From Chrysomallon squamiferum (taxonomy: Eukaryota; Animalia; Mollusca), in NCBI GenBank assembly GCA_012295275.1, contig CM022676.1:12834001-12898000 (forward strand): a stretch of DNA of 64,000 bases, written 5' to 3'. The notes under the pieces are model-generated. The model saw only the letters and a program-made list of their open reading frames with translations, was not told where the DNA came from and did not search any database. How positions within the stretch are numbered: the first letter of the stretch is position 1; each line of letters starts with the position of its first letter. Made by a program: the position numbers and the translations under genes. Shown here in pieces: positions 1-12,498 of this stretch.

Positions 1-135
1 TGAGATGAAGTAGATATTCAACTTGAAAGATAACTTACAGTAAACATTAATCTGAAGTAGATACTAAAATTGAAGTATATGTTACCGTAGATAATGAGCT
101 GAAGTAGATAGTTAAACTGAAGTATAACTTACAGA
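1..135. repeat. 47-bp tandem repeat built from the Ig4 exon end plus splice donor (gene B copy)
   Basis: Donor-like sites at 132, 85 and 38 (period 47); same unit as the array at 24050-24665. Confidence 0.85.
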
Positions 136-2535
136 AGACATTGAGTCGAAGTACACTAGATTCAGGTCTGGTTTGATTTGGTCTGTCTGTGAACAGATTC
201 TCAACAGTACACTTGTACTTATCTTCATTGTCTTCTTTTGTTGGTGTGATTGAGAAGTTGGATCCCACAAATGAAATGTCATGTTCATTTTTGATCCAGT
301 GAAATTTAGCTGGTGGATTTCCAAACTTACTTCTTGGTAAAGAACAAATCAGTGAACCTGCTTTTCCTTCAAGCCAGCGTTGTGTGGGGTTTGAAGACAA
401 AGATGGCTGACTAGGCGGATCTGAAAATAAATCAGTTGTTAATTACTAAACTGATGAATTGCAAATTAAAAGTGCATCTTAATTTGAAATTGTCACACTA
501 CAAATATGTTACTACTAGCATATGATTGAATAAACATTAACTTTAACCAACAGATCACAAATAAATCCACAAGTGTAACTCTTAATTGGATATATATTAT
601 TTTTAATTATTGAAAGTAAACAATATCTTTAGTAAATGCATACATACATACATATACACATATGTATACACACAAACAAATATATATGTGTACGTATGTC
701 TGTATGCACACACCGATGTTGAAATATATGCAGATATATTTTTACAAATTAATCACAAAAGAAAATCTAATGAAACCAACAAAAAAAATTTCCAATTTGA
801 AAGATGAATGAATATTTTGAACACTTAAATAAATAATAATCTTGAAACAGAAAACAAAAAAGAAGAAAATAAATAAATAAATAGAATTTACATTAAAAAA
901 TAGAATAATAATTCATTTTAGAGTGAGGTAGGATCAAACTCACAGTAAACAGTCATGTTGACAGATTTATTTTCAGTGTAGCCATCATATTTCCAGTAAG
1001 AAGTACAAACACACAGTTTGTTATTCTGAGTCCTGTTAGCTATGAAAGATATTCTACACGTTCTGGTTTCTTCTCTGTCAGAGCAGTGTACAGGATTATA
1101 ACATGTCCAGTTCAGATTTGGTTTTGGGTTTCCACCAGTTGTAGAACAGCTCAGTGTGACAGTGTCACCCTCAAACACAGGAAATGTTGTTCCTGTAATA
1201 ACCGGTGGTGAACTGGGAGGATCTGAAAATATTTGAATTTGACTCTGAAGCAATATTAAGACAAATCTCTCATTGTTTACTAACAATTATTTCCTATTTT
1301 ATTATTCTCCAAAAAAAAAAATAATAATAATAATATAAAATAAAAATACAAATCTCTCATTGTTGACTATCAATTATTTCCTATTTTATTATTCTCAAAA
1401 ATTAAAAAAAAAAAGTTGATGTTAATAAAAAGGTAAATAGAAATGTTAAAATGCAGCATACTGAATAGTTTGAATATCTGAGAAGTATATTAAAATAAGT
1501 AATATAGAAAAAATGTATTTGAAAATTAAGTATATATATATTCAATGTGAACTGGTTATTTTCAGATTGTTCTGTTTTATTTGTACCCTAATTTAATATG
1601 TGTATACTTTATATATAGTTATTATAAATTCAGACTGAGCAAAAAATAAAATAGTTAATTTGATGTAAATAATCTGAAATATCTGAATAACTCACAGAAG
1701 ACAGTCAGTGTTACAGTGTTACTTTCAGACTGTTTTGTTTCAGAGTTTGTCACTGTACACGTGTAAACATTTCCTGCTTCATTCCTGCTGATGTTTGTCA
1801 GTCTCAGTTGAGAGTTTGATGTGAGTTCATCATTTCCCAGCTTCCACGAGTAGGAACAGCTTGGCTTACACACAGCAACACAGTCAACACTGAGATTTTG
1901 TCCTTCTACCACTTCAACAGGTGATGTTAAACTGAGTGTAACAGAGTCTGGACCATCTAAATAATAAAATTAAAACATCATCTACAATATATGTGTTGGA
2001 ATATAATTTTACTTCATATTCTACTTGCATACATATGCACAAACACCTGTACATGTGCACCTGCACACATTCACACACAGACTAATTTAAATATGCCATT
2101 TAGTTTTAAAGTCTAACACTGCACTTTAAAAATGATTAAAAATCCAATAACTGTTTATTTAATATGATAATTACTTACAGTAAACAGGTAAAGTATAATT
2201 GTTGCTCTTGATTAAAGCTGTATTCAGTTTACACCACCAGAGTGTTTCATCATCAGCTGAAGCTCTGTTTATGGTCAGTGTGTAGTTCTTTACACTTGAT
2301 GATCCAGCGTCTGTCCCTTCTCCACACACTGGAGTGTAGCCAGGAGCACGAGCGAATACAACACAACTACCACCAGTCTGATAGAGAGAACCTTTCAGTT
2401 CTGCTTTACTTTCATTTAGTTTATAAAATTTTACTGAGTCACTGAGACCATCAGCCTGAGACACAGAACAAGTAAATGAAAATTTCTCATTCAACACTGC
2501 ATAAGACAAAGAACCAGACATCTTCAGTGATACAC
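133..2535 (-). CDS. Gene B (partial, continues off the left edge): Ig-superfamily receptor ectodomain, paralog of gene A; V-like Ig plus 3 C2/I-type Ig exons
   Basis: Four phase-1/1 exons with AG/GT ends: 2179-2535 (357 nt, V-like, FTC...WWC), 1696-1956 (261 nt, CVAVCKPSCSYSW...YTC), 944-1222 (279 nt, LSCSTTGGNPKPNLNW), 133-420 (288 nt, LICSL...GNPPAKFHW...YKC). The first three match gene A exons 1-3 in length; exon 4 is 1 nt shorter than in A. Leader exon not securely found. Confidence 0.9.
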
Positions 2536-2584
2536 CTGTAAAAAAGAGGAGAAAATTCAACAGTGCTTTCTCTTATTGTTTATA

Positions 2585-2626
<42 letters not shown>

Positions 2627-2659
2627 GATATATTTTTTTTTTCTGTCAATTGTTTTATA

Positions 2660-3600
2660 ATTCAAGCCGGTTGCTAATAATAGATTAGTGTCGGCCGCTA
2701 ACTCACCATAATAATTGTAGTTTCTAGATAGATCGCTAAACACTCCGCTGAAATTTTGAATTATTTAGTGTTTCAGAGTAAACAGCTACCAAACTATTCA
2801 CATCCATGTAAAATACAGATTTTAATGATCTTTCATAAGACACTGTACCAACTAGTCACCATGATAATAACTCCCAAAAGAAACCAAATACTGTAAGAGC
2901 ACAATGTTTTGAATAAAGAAAAGTATAAGACATATGTATATCAATTTGATTTGAATGTGTGATGTACTATTGCACAATCCATTTATGGTTTAATTCCACT
3001 TGATATAATGGTACGTACATTACATTATTTTGAAAAATGAATTTTATTCACACAAAAAGTAAAAATAAATTATAGATGTTGATAAACGTAATAGCGGACT
3101 TTATGCAACGCAATCAGCGCGCGTTTATCATTGATACGTGTGAAATATAATCCAAGCGTGATATTTGTATCTTAAAAAAAACTGATCAGAAGGATGTATA
3201 TAAATCATTAATTTTCTTGGCAAAAGCGTGGAAAATGATTTGCCTGTATCTATATCAGTCAGTAAGGCTCCAGCCAGTCTCAGAAACAATTTTGTTTAAT
3301 ATTGCTACGTAGACGATAGCATTAAATAAATACAAGCATAGAGAAATTATTATGAAAACAATCGTCTGACAAACTAAAGTTCATGAAATTATATGCCAAG
3401 GCGTAAAGGTATTGTACAGAGAAGAATTCCCCTATAGGTGTCATTTCATTCATATATGATCTGTGACAGCGTCTGTTAATCCGTAAAGAAACATTCATAA
3501 AACATATTGATAATAAATATATCCATACGCTGGTTGATTTTGCATGATATTCACTATACCGCCTGATTTCTATGATATCAAACACACAACAGAAACTGCC
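2660..3600. promoter_or_regulatory. Putative bidirectional promoter region between divergent genes B and C (CpG-retaining)
   Basis: Roughly two dozen CpGs in ~0.9 kb counted by eye, versus a few per kb in gene A introns; lies between the 5' ends of oppositely oriented genes; kappaB-like GGGGAATTCT on the minus strand at 3423-3432. Confidence 0.45.
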
Positions 3601-3755
3601 ACCCCAGCTGTTGCTATTAATTTTACCTGCAGTTATTTTGTTATATAATTAATATTAATACTGGTTTTTTTAAGTGAAAATAAAAGATGAGCATTATCTT
3701 CATTATTATTATTGGGATTGTGGTAGTGTTATTATTTTTATTGTTGTTGTTGTTA

Positions 3756-3805
<50 letters not shown>

Positions 3806-5514
3806 TTATACTATCTTGTTTAACATATTTCGTTTCAAATATAATCTGACAGTTAATGTATCTGTGTGGTATTTTTGGTAATATTTTTAAAACAGGTGTT
3901 TGTTATGAAGAAGCTTGTATAGTGCAGTCAGACAAACTCAGTGATGCAGGTGGTATAGCAGTTGACTCTGTGATAGGTTTTCTTGTGGCTTCTGTGATGT
4001 ATGGATTTCTTGAAATATTCAGAAGAAAAGGATACATCTGTAAGCGATAACATTTAACTGTATAATATTTATACTGAAAACAAACCAAAAAACAGTCTTC
4101 TTTTGTTGTTTGTTTTGTTTGTTTTTTTATTTTTAAATATAACAGTAAGGACATTTTTACATTCACTTTATGGAGACGAAAATACAAGAAATATCTGAAA
4201 AATTAATACACTGTGTAATGTTGAAATCAACATAATGAAATTGATTCAAATTGCCGTTTGACTAAATGAAATATTTTTTTTTATATAAATATCTAAAATG
4301 TATAATTTAAGATAGGTATACACCCAAATGTACAATCAAAATTCTTAAAGGCAACGCTAGCAGATCAGAATAATTCAGTTAATAATAATGTTCTTTCTAC
4401 TTACTTGACAAACGTGTGTGTGTGTGTGTGTATGTGTCCGTGCGTGTTTAGACTCTTAGAAAGATATATCTATAAAAATATTTGCATGCAAAGATAGAAA
4501 ACTTCAGACATTTTACTTTTTCTGCAGGTAACAAAAATGGATTTACTACGTAAGTTTATTTAGGTTATTTTTACAAAATTCATAAAACAAAAATTTAACC
4601 TTTTTTTTTAGATTTAGTATTATCTAATTTGTGAATGGTACTGAAAATGTACGTTTCACATAAAAGTTCATGTTCAGTGCTGTTTGAGTAAAACTGTTTC
4701 ATCTGTTACGATCTGTCTATTTGTTATGATTTGATTTTATGTGATATTTGCACTTACTTTAAAATAATGGTTTCTTCTTGCAGATACGATGATGTAAATC
4801 TGAGACCAGTAATCACACAAACTAGATCTGGTAAAACATTTAAAAACAGTTAAATTTATGGTTATTTTATTGAAATTTTAAAATAATTTTATTGAGATAT
4901 TCTACATGATGCTTTTATAAATAATAATAATAATTATTATTATTATTATTATTATTTATTTATAACTGAGAAGTTAAAAATATAACTAAGTGACACATAA
5001 CTGTTGGATTATACTGGTCTCACAAAATATAAATGATCTGTTTGTTTTTCACTTAAATTTTTTCTTGCAAAGTGATTAATTGTAATTCACAGAAAATGTG
5101 TCTGAGACTGATCAGACAAATCAAACATACGAAGGACTAGAAGAAAGGAGAAGCTCGGCAGATTACACTAAACTTCATTTATATGAAAACATAAAAAAAC
5201 AGGTTGTAAAAAGAATAATAATAATAATTCTGCAACAGTATAATTATTTTTTTAAAAGAATGTTTATAGTTTGTTGCTACAAAGAAATAATCTAAATATA
5301 TTTTGTCTTCTTTGAAAATATGTTGTTATGATATCCAGTCATAATTAATAATGAAGTGTAACATTAATAAAGTACAGCTTAAAAATATCTGGGCACAAAC
5401 ACTGTCATCACATAGAAGGAAGATCGGTTTACCTCAATTTCTTATAATAATGTCTGAAAAAATAAAACTTCCACTTTGAGATTATGACTCAACTAGTGAA
5501 GCATTTTGTAATAA

Positions 5515-5554
<40 letters not shown>

Positions 5555-5846
5555 TGCTATGTAAATAATACTAGAATAACAACCTTCAAATAGAATTTGA
5601 TCAATCCATGATACAGAGCAAAACTTTGATTATAGCAGTTAATTAATCCTCTGATTAGACATATAATTACAACAAAACTGCATTTATCAAAATCAAGGGT
5701 TTACTCTGTTCAAAGTCCCAAAGTTATATTTTAATAATAATAGTAAATAATAGCTATAAAAAGTTTTAGCATTTATTTATTTATTTATTTATTTTAAAAT
5801 TTCATCTCTGAAAGACATTCTTATTTTCTATTTTCAGTGCAAATGA
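3393..5846 (+). CDS. Gene C: small single-pass membrane protein with ITAM (adaptor-like, or orphaned 3' half of an activating Ig receptor)
   Basis: Exons 3896-4039 (TM: GVCYEEACIVQSDKLSDAGGIAVDSVIGFLVASVMYGFLEIFRRKGYI), 4528-4549, 4784-4830 (TYDDVNLRP) and 5093-5202 (TYEGLEERRSSADYTKLHLYENIKKQ) splice in frame with canonical AG/GT ends. Candidate last exon 5838-5846 (CK*). Candidate first exon 3393-3408 (MPRRKG) is weak. Confidence 0.72.
5093..5202 (+). CDS. ITAM-encoding exon of gene C
   Basis: YEGL-x8-YTKL fits YxxL/I-x(6-8)-YxxL/I and is followed by LYENI (YxN). Confidence 0.8.
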
Positions 5847-6599
5847 TTTGTAAATCGTCATCTATGGATCAGAAGAAACAGTATAAAATGAAATGTTATA
5901 AATCTAATTGTCATTTTTTTTTTTTCAATACTGATCCTAATTTTCTTTTCTCTTCTATTTTTTTTTTTTTTAAATCAGTTTTTATCATTCAGTTTACATT
6001 GTACTTTGTTATATGATTTAAACTAACAAAATACCAGACGAATATTAATAACTGACAGGACATCCAAACAATGATTTCCATAAAAGAGAATTTCATTATA
6101 AGAATCCAGTGGTGGTCATTTTGAAAGTGGCCTCTCATGATAGGTCCATCATTCGTCTGTATCAGTTTTATCAGTCCTGGGAAACTGCATAAATTAATAT
6201 AATCTCTCATGTAAGACTTACATCAAATACACACTTGCTTATTTCATGAACTATTTATTTCTTTGTGTGTTTGATCGCCCTCCCTTGAAATCATTGATAT
6301 CATATTTTGGTGATATTACTATTGAAAAAATTATACTCTAACAAAATGTACCATCAAACCTCCTGAATACTCGTGCAACCATAAATAAAATATCTGAAGT
6401 GGTAAAGTTTTGTCCAAAATATTTTTTTACAGCAGCCATTTCAAAAAAAATGCTTTAGGAATTTATATTGTTTTCTTTACATGTAACATCGCTAACATTA
6501 TTCAGGAGATCCCCTGAACAAAATTATAATCTCATGGATGAAATTAAATGTTCATGGTCTCTTGTTACACGGACTAATAATTGTGTATACTGTGATATA

Positions 6600-7389
6600 C
6601 AGTGGTACCTTGACTTACGAGTTTAAATAATTCCTTGACCAAGCTCGTATCTCAATTTGCTTTTATATGAAATAAATTTTTGCAACTGAAAGTAATTGAA
6701 ATAACATTAATCTGTTCCAGCCCCCTAGAAACCACCCCATTCTTGTTTTTTTGTGGTTTTTTTTTTTTTTTTTGGTTTTTGTTGTAACGTGCTTTTAAAT
6801 AAGAAAAAAGTATTTATAAATGACAAATATTGTATAAAAAACCAAATTAAAGAGAATGTAAAGAAATAAATTGGTTTTATAAAGTGTATTTATCTTGGAA
6901 ATCAGACAAATTATGTTAACGCCTTTGGCTGGAGTTACAGCCTTTGTCGACTCCTACAGCTTCAGTATGGTACACATCATAGAAGTACTACGCTCGGACT
7001 ACCTAGCCAATTCGACTACAAACACACCTCGCTCATGATTTTCTATGAATTCATGCTTTAATTAATTGAACAGCATCCGTTCTTCTTCTTAACAGCACTG
7101 TCCTTTGCCCTCACTTTCCTAGGATCCATGGCAGAAAAAATGAAATTTGGCAAAATACTGCACAAAACAGAGATAGTCCGCGGCGAGGTAACCACATGAA
7201 GTAAACGAGTGAGACGCGGGATGCTGGCCAGATGTTATTGTGTTCGTTGCGCCAACTAACAGTAGCATATCTGAAGCTCCCTTGTAACTTGGATTTTAAC
7301 TCACAACTCAAAGCAAAAAATCGACTGGGCGATTGCTCATAACTCGAAAAACTCGTAAGCTGGGGTACTCGTATGTCGAGGTAACACTG
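6600..7389 (-). mobile_element. Tigger/pogo-like DNA transposon deletion derivative, copy 1
   Basis: TIRs cagtggtaccttgacttacga...tcgtatgtcgaggtaacactg with TA flanks; minus-strand remnant of the transposase N-terminus (MDPRKVRAKDSAVKKKR). Confidence 0.85.
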
Positions 7390-10300
7390 TATATGTGGTT
7401 AACCCTCTGCCTTCTAATTGCTCTAGTAAATTAGTAATACCACATTTTGCGAGTACTACCAGTCCAAAAAATTCCTGCCCAAACTAAAACTACAACCTGC
7501 TTCTACTTTTGTTTTATCTGTATCTTTTTTTCTTAATTTAATATAAAAAAAATCAAAACAAAAAACAATAAATGAAAAGTTCTATACAAAAGTAATAGAA
7601 AAATATTTATTTGTAATGAAAGGAATAACAAAAAGTATATAAAACATTGTATGTTTTATCACACAACTGTAAATATGAATAAAATATTAAGAAGATAAGG
7701 CAAACATTTCTATGTTATTGAAAAGATTTAAAGTTGCAATATAACTTTAATTAATATTAAATATGATTTAGAATTTCTACCGATGAAATGGATATAATAT
7801 ATATTTATTTGAAGACATTTGTTAGATATAATTATGCACATAACACCAACTGCATGGAGGATTGTAAACATTTTAAATGTTTATCTGTATGCTTATAAAA
7901 CTTTATTAATAAATCATTTAATAAGCACTACATATTTCTATCTTCTTTTGTTTCAGAACTCATTCTGTAGAATATAAATTAATGACATAAGGAAAAATTA
8001 TTTCTTATATTTATATGTCACAGCAAATTGTTACTGCCAAACATTATTGTTTTATTAAAATAAGCAGAAGACATTAATCCTCTTTTAAAATAGAAAATCT
8101 TGTCAAGGTTTGATACATAGATAACCAAAGCATAAATATATATACATATTTGGTTAAAAATGCGTCAGAAGCAGTGATTTTCATTCAGAAATATTAGTTA
8201 ACAGAAATATTATTGTAAGTCCATCATATACCAGTCTAGAAGAACAGAATATTTATTATGTTAGTATTTTCTTAAATTTAAAATTATTATTCATACACAT
8301 AATACATTAAAAGAGTTATGTTTATTACTTTTGTGATTAGCTAATGCGCATTAAATACATGTGAAATAGTGAATATAGATAGAATATAGAAATGATAAAT
8401 AATTAAAAAAGAAAAATGTTTACAAATAGAAAATGTAAATTAAAATACTGAAAGTAATTAAGTAAAGGTTTTTGGGGGTTTTTTAGCGCAATGTTTCTAA
8501 TATCATCCAAAAAAAAAAAAAAAAAAGGAAACTTGCCAAATTAAGTAATAAAGAAAACCAGATTCCGAGTTGCATTCATTATACATCTGATTATGACAGG
8601 TTCATTTTACTGATTCATTAAGAGATATTTTGAATATATTAAGAAAATAATTTTAAAACAAGCTGTTACAAAATGTATATTTTATTTCTTATTTATTTGT
8701 ATAATAAGATTTTAATATAAAAATTATCAAACATCTATTAATGTTTCTTTCATTCAGAAGTAACATTTACAAAATGGAAGCAAAAAAGAGCAATTTCCAC
8801 TCACTTATATAACAATAATGTACAAAATGACATACTGCAGATTGTATTTAGAAAACAAACAAAAAGATATGTAACAGAACTAATGAAACTTTGCACAATC
8901 ATTTAAATCATTGTGATTAATAAGTATTCAGAGTAAAAGAAATTATTAAATGAAACCTTGCTTTAAGAAAGACTAAATAATGTAGATTTGACACTTTAAC
9001 ACAAATGCACACATATACTGACATAGTAGAAAGAAATGGTATGCATTTTAATTCAGTTGAATACTTTAAAAATTATTCATTTGGAGATTACTGATTGTTG
9101 AAAATATTACCTCATTTAACTGAACTTGGCTGCTTTTAAAGTTTGTTAATTAACATATACAATTTTGTTAATTATCAACAGTAATATAATGTTTGTGAAT
9201 TTCTATTCCAATTATTTACATTATCAGTTCACATTTATCCAAAAATAATTACTAGGCATTCCTATAGTTATCAACATACATTTTAATACATCCCTGAAAA
9301 TGGAAAAGAATTATCTAAATTTGATATAAAAAAACACAGAATAAAGAAATAATAAAGAAAAATTGCATTAAATATTAAACTCTGGTACATATTAAGAGTG
9401 TGCATAACATGAGGAATCTTGCATAATGCTATAACTAGTTAATTCTTGAAACTCTTAAACGGAGTCAGTGTTCTTATTTGATTCAACAACAACTATAACA
9501 AAAAAAGAGTACCATCAATTTTTACTGTCAGCTTTTTAACATGGCACCCTAAACTGACAGGTGTTTTGCACAGAATCACATAGCATTCATACACAATATT
9601 CTAAGTTATTGACAACAAGAAATTTTGCAGTTAGATGTAAATAAATAAATAAATAAATAAAGGAATCTATTGTTATGAAGGAATTTATGACACAAACTTT
9701 TACAGTTTCCTTTCAAATGAATTAGTGTTAAAGCTTCTAAATGCAAAATTTTATAAAACAGTATGCAAATATTTTGAATGTGTAAAAGAAAAAGAATAAA
9801 TTTTCTATTTTAAAGAGAAAATGTATATTCTGTTGAAATAACTGAAAAACCTTTAGAGTCGAAACCCTGTTGGATCAATATTGTAGGGATACAAAAAATA
9901 TCCAATCAGTATTAACTTAAATTATAAAATCAGTTGCATGAACTCATAATAAAAGTTTCATGTACATATATGTAACCAATTAAACTAATTAACAAAGTCT
10001 ATTTAAAATATCTATGGTGCATTTGGCTCAGCAAGAAACTATAGAAATGAAGAAGAGGTCTACTGCTTTTAAATAACATTTAGGTCACAAAAGTAATACC
10101 AAGGTTCCTTCTCTGATAACAAATAACTGATTAAGACAAATTAACTCTTTGTTTGATCCATGACCTTCTTTTATGCTTCATTTTAATATGGCTCTGCATC
10201 ACATGACTAACTGCTTTATGTAACAATCAACTCATTTACTAGAGTTGAGTGTTTTCTTTGAAGTTAGGTGAGGCAATTTAATACTTTGCTCAGTGTTTTA

Positions 10301-10821
10301 ATGACTCCTTTATCCGACAAGTGAACACTAATTACAAATCATGTCTTTTGACAATAACAAGTCACCAAATTTTTTGCCACTTTGGTTATATTCTCACTGA
10401 AACATTATGGCATTGACTATACTTACCTTTTTATACCACATAGCAAATTATTTTAACTTAAATAATTGGATTTGGTTAAACTGTTTTCCATATGTCTGGT
10501 AAATTTTAATATCTTTAGGGAAACTGGATACATTACTGTCTAGCAGAAAATATCAACATCACATAAAGTTACATTTAGAAAACATTTGCAGAATCCTCGA
10601 TAAACCATATTTTTTGTAATGCTAATTAAATAAACCAAAATGATTATGCAAAGTGGTCTTTATTTTAGTTATAAAATCAAAAATATTTATATTTCAAGTA
10701 AGTGTATAATACAAAATAATCAAATACATCTACTAAAATATATCTCTGGAATGCAATAAACAGTTTCCCAACGAAACTCATTAAGTAGAAGAAAAAGTTA
10801 GTTTTCACTCTTAGGCTCTGT

Positions 10822-10986
10822 TTATTTATCATCTTTATCAGGAAGTGGTTCTGCTTTCTTGTTCCAGTCAATGGAGACGTACTCCACTTTGTCCTGTGTT
10901 TTGTGAACTTGTTTACTTGGTTGTGTGTTAGAGAAATCTATACCAACATACAGCAGCCCATCTTCATCTCGGCCATGATTTTGTCC
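10822..10986 (-). CDS. Terminal exon of gene A with tandem ITIMs
   Basis: GQNHGRDEDGLLYVGIDFSNTQPSKQVHKTQDKVEYVSIDWNKKAEPLPDKDDK*; both motifs fit (I/V/L/S)xYxx(I/V/L); tyrosines 23 aa apart. Confidence 0.85.
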   Translation of the reverse strand, partial: GQNHGRDEDGLLYVGIDFSNTQPSKQVHKTQDKVEYVSIDWNKKAEPLPDKDDK

Positions 10987-12452
10987 CTGAAACAAAAAGA
11001 AACATGTGACGATTAATACAATTAAAGTATTGAACAAAACTGAAAAATATTTCTTTGAGTTCTACGTACATGTACATTGCCCAATATCCACACACTGAAT
11101 ATGTGTTAATATATAAGGCACATGCCATCTTTGTCATGTTAAGTACTATCCAAGCTCCTATATATAATTTTAAATAAAGATTTAAGTCCTTATATCTGGT
11201 TTGTTAGTTTGACACATTCAGACCTCCCCATTCCCTCTGTTTTATTGTTTTCATACTGAAAAACATGTCTCATTGTGTTTCCCTAATAATAGACTTCAAA
11301 ATAGAAATAATCACAGTTAAATGAGAAGACTAGAGGTGATGTAAACTGTTAAACTACTGAGGATGAGACATGTCTGCCCATGACTGCTCTAACCCAACAG
11401 TCTAGCAGTGGTACATTGTGGAGCCAGTACTTCTACAGCTCATTATATCACGAAACACTTTATAATGTCAAAATTAATCAAGTTTCAGTGTAATAAACAG
11501 AAATGTCTATATCTCTGTCTTGGCATTGAAATGTGTTAACATTTGGTCATTCTTTTGTTTTGTTTCTCTCATGTTATAAGGAGATCAAATTTCACGTGTC
11601 AAACAAAAAAAGTTACATACACAAAATTCATAATGAAATGTCAAACTGGGATATAAATTTAATATTTAATGAAATTAAATAAATTAGAATTCTTTGTTGT
11701 TTTGGGGTTTTTTTGACAGGGTTTCCATTTTCTTCGCTATCAGTTTCAACATTTGGTCACATTTTCTTCTTTATGATGACGGCTTCAAAGTTCTGCTAAT
11801 AAGTTCTTGTTTAGATCTGGTTTTATTTTTTATTTTTTATTTTTTTGCTGGGTATAATACTAGTTAAAATTGTCCTTTATTTACCAAGATTCAGGTGTGC
11901 CAAGAGTCAGTTCCATCCTTTTATTTCCTTTTTGATTTCATTCCTTTTAAATTTGTTCAACTTATTTAAGTAATTAATGCTTTGTATAAATGTAGATTTA
12001 TTACCTGGATATTCTGACCTATAGCTCCCTCTCCTTCAAATGCTGCATTGGCATATGTACCATCCTCCCGTACAGCATCAACATTTTCATAAACATCTCC
12101 TGTACACAAGTAACATATTAGTGAGTCAAATGGAATCTCATCATTGACACTGTTCAATGTGTTTATACATTTTCAGATGAATGTTCTTGAATCAAGTAGT
12201 TCCCTTTTTAAACCTATGTATTTATAAACTGTTTGAGTCACTTGAAATTTGTGTAATTATCATTAGTAAAACTATAGAAATGAAGAGTTTCTGAATAGCA
12301 GCTCTATCATGCCTTCAAACAAGTATTAAAATACTAAAATTAAGTTGTAAACAATTTTCAAAATACATTTTCAAAATAAAAACAAATGATAATAATAACA
12401 GAATGTTATCTTGACAAAGAATTAAATAATTTTACTATTTGCAAAGAAATAA

Positions 12453-12498
<46 letters not shown>

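Noticed and set aside
3687-3881. ORF with a long poly-Leu stretch resembling a signal peptide for gene C
   Set aside because: It is a (TTG/TTA)n microsatellite; I found no convincing phase-1 donor to join it to the TM exon.
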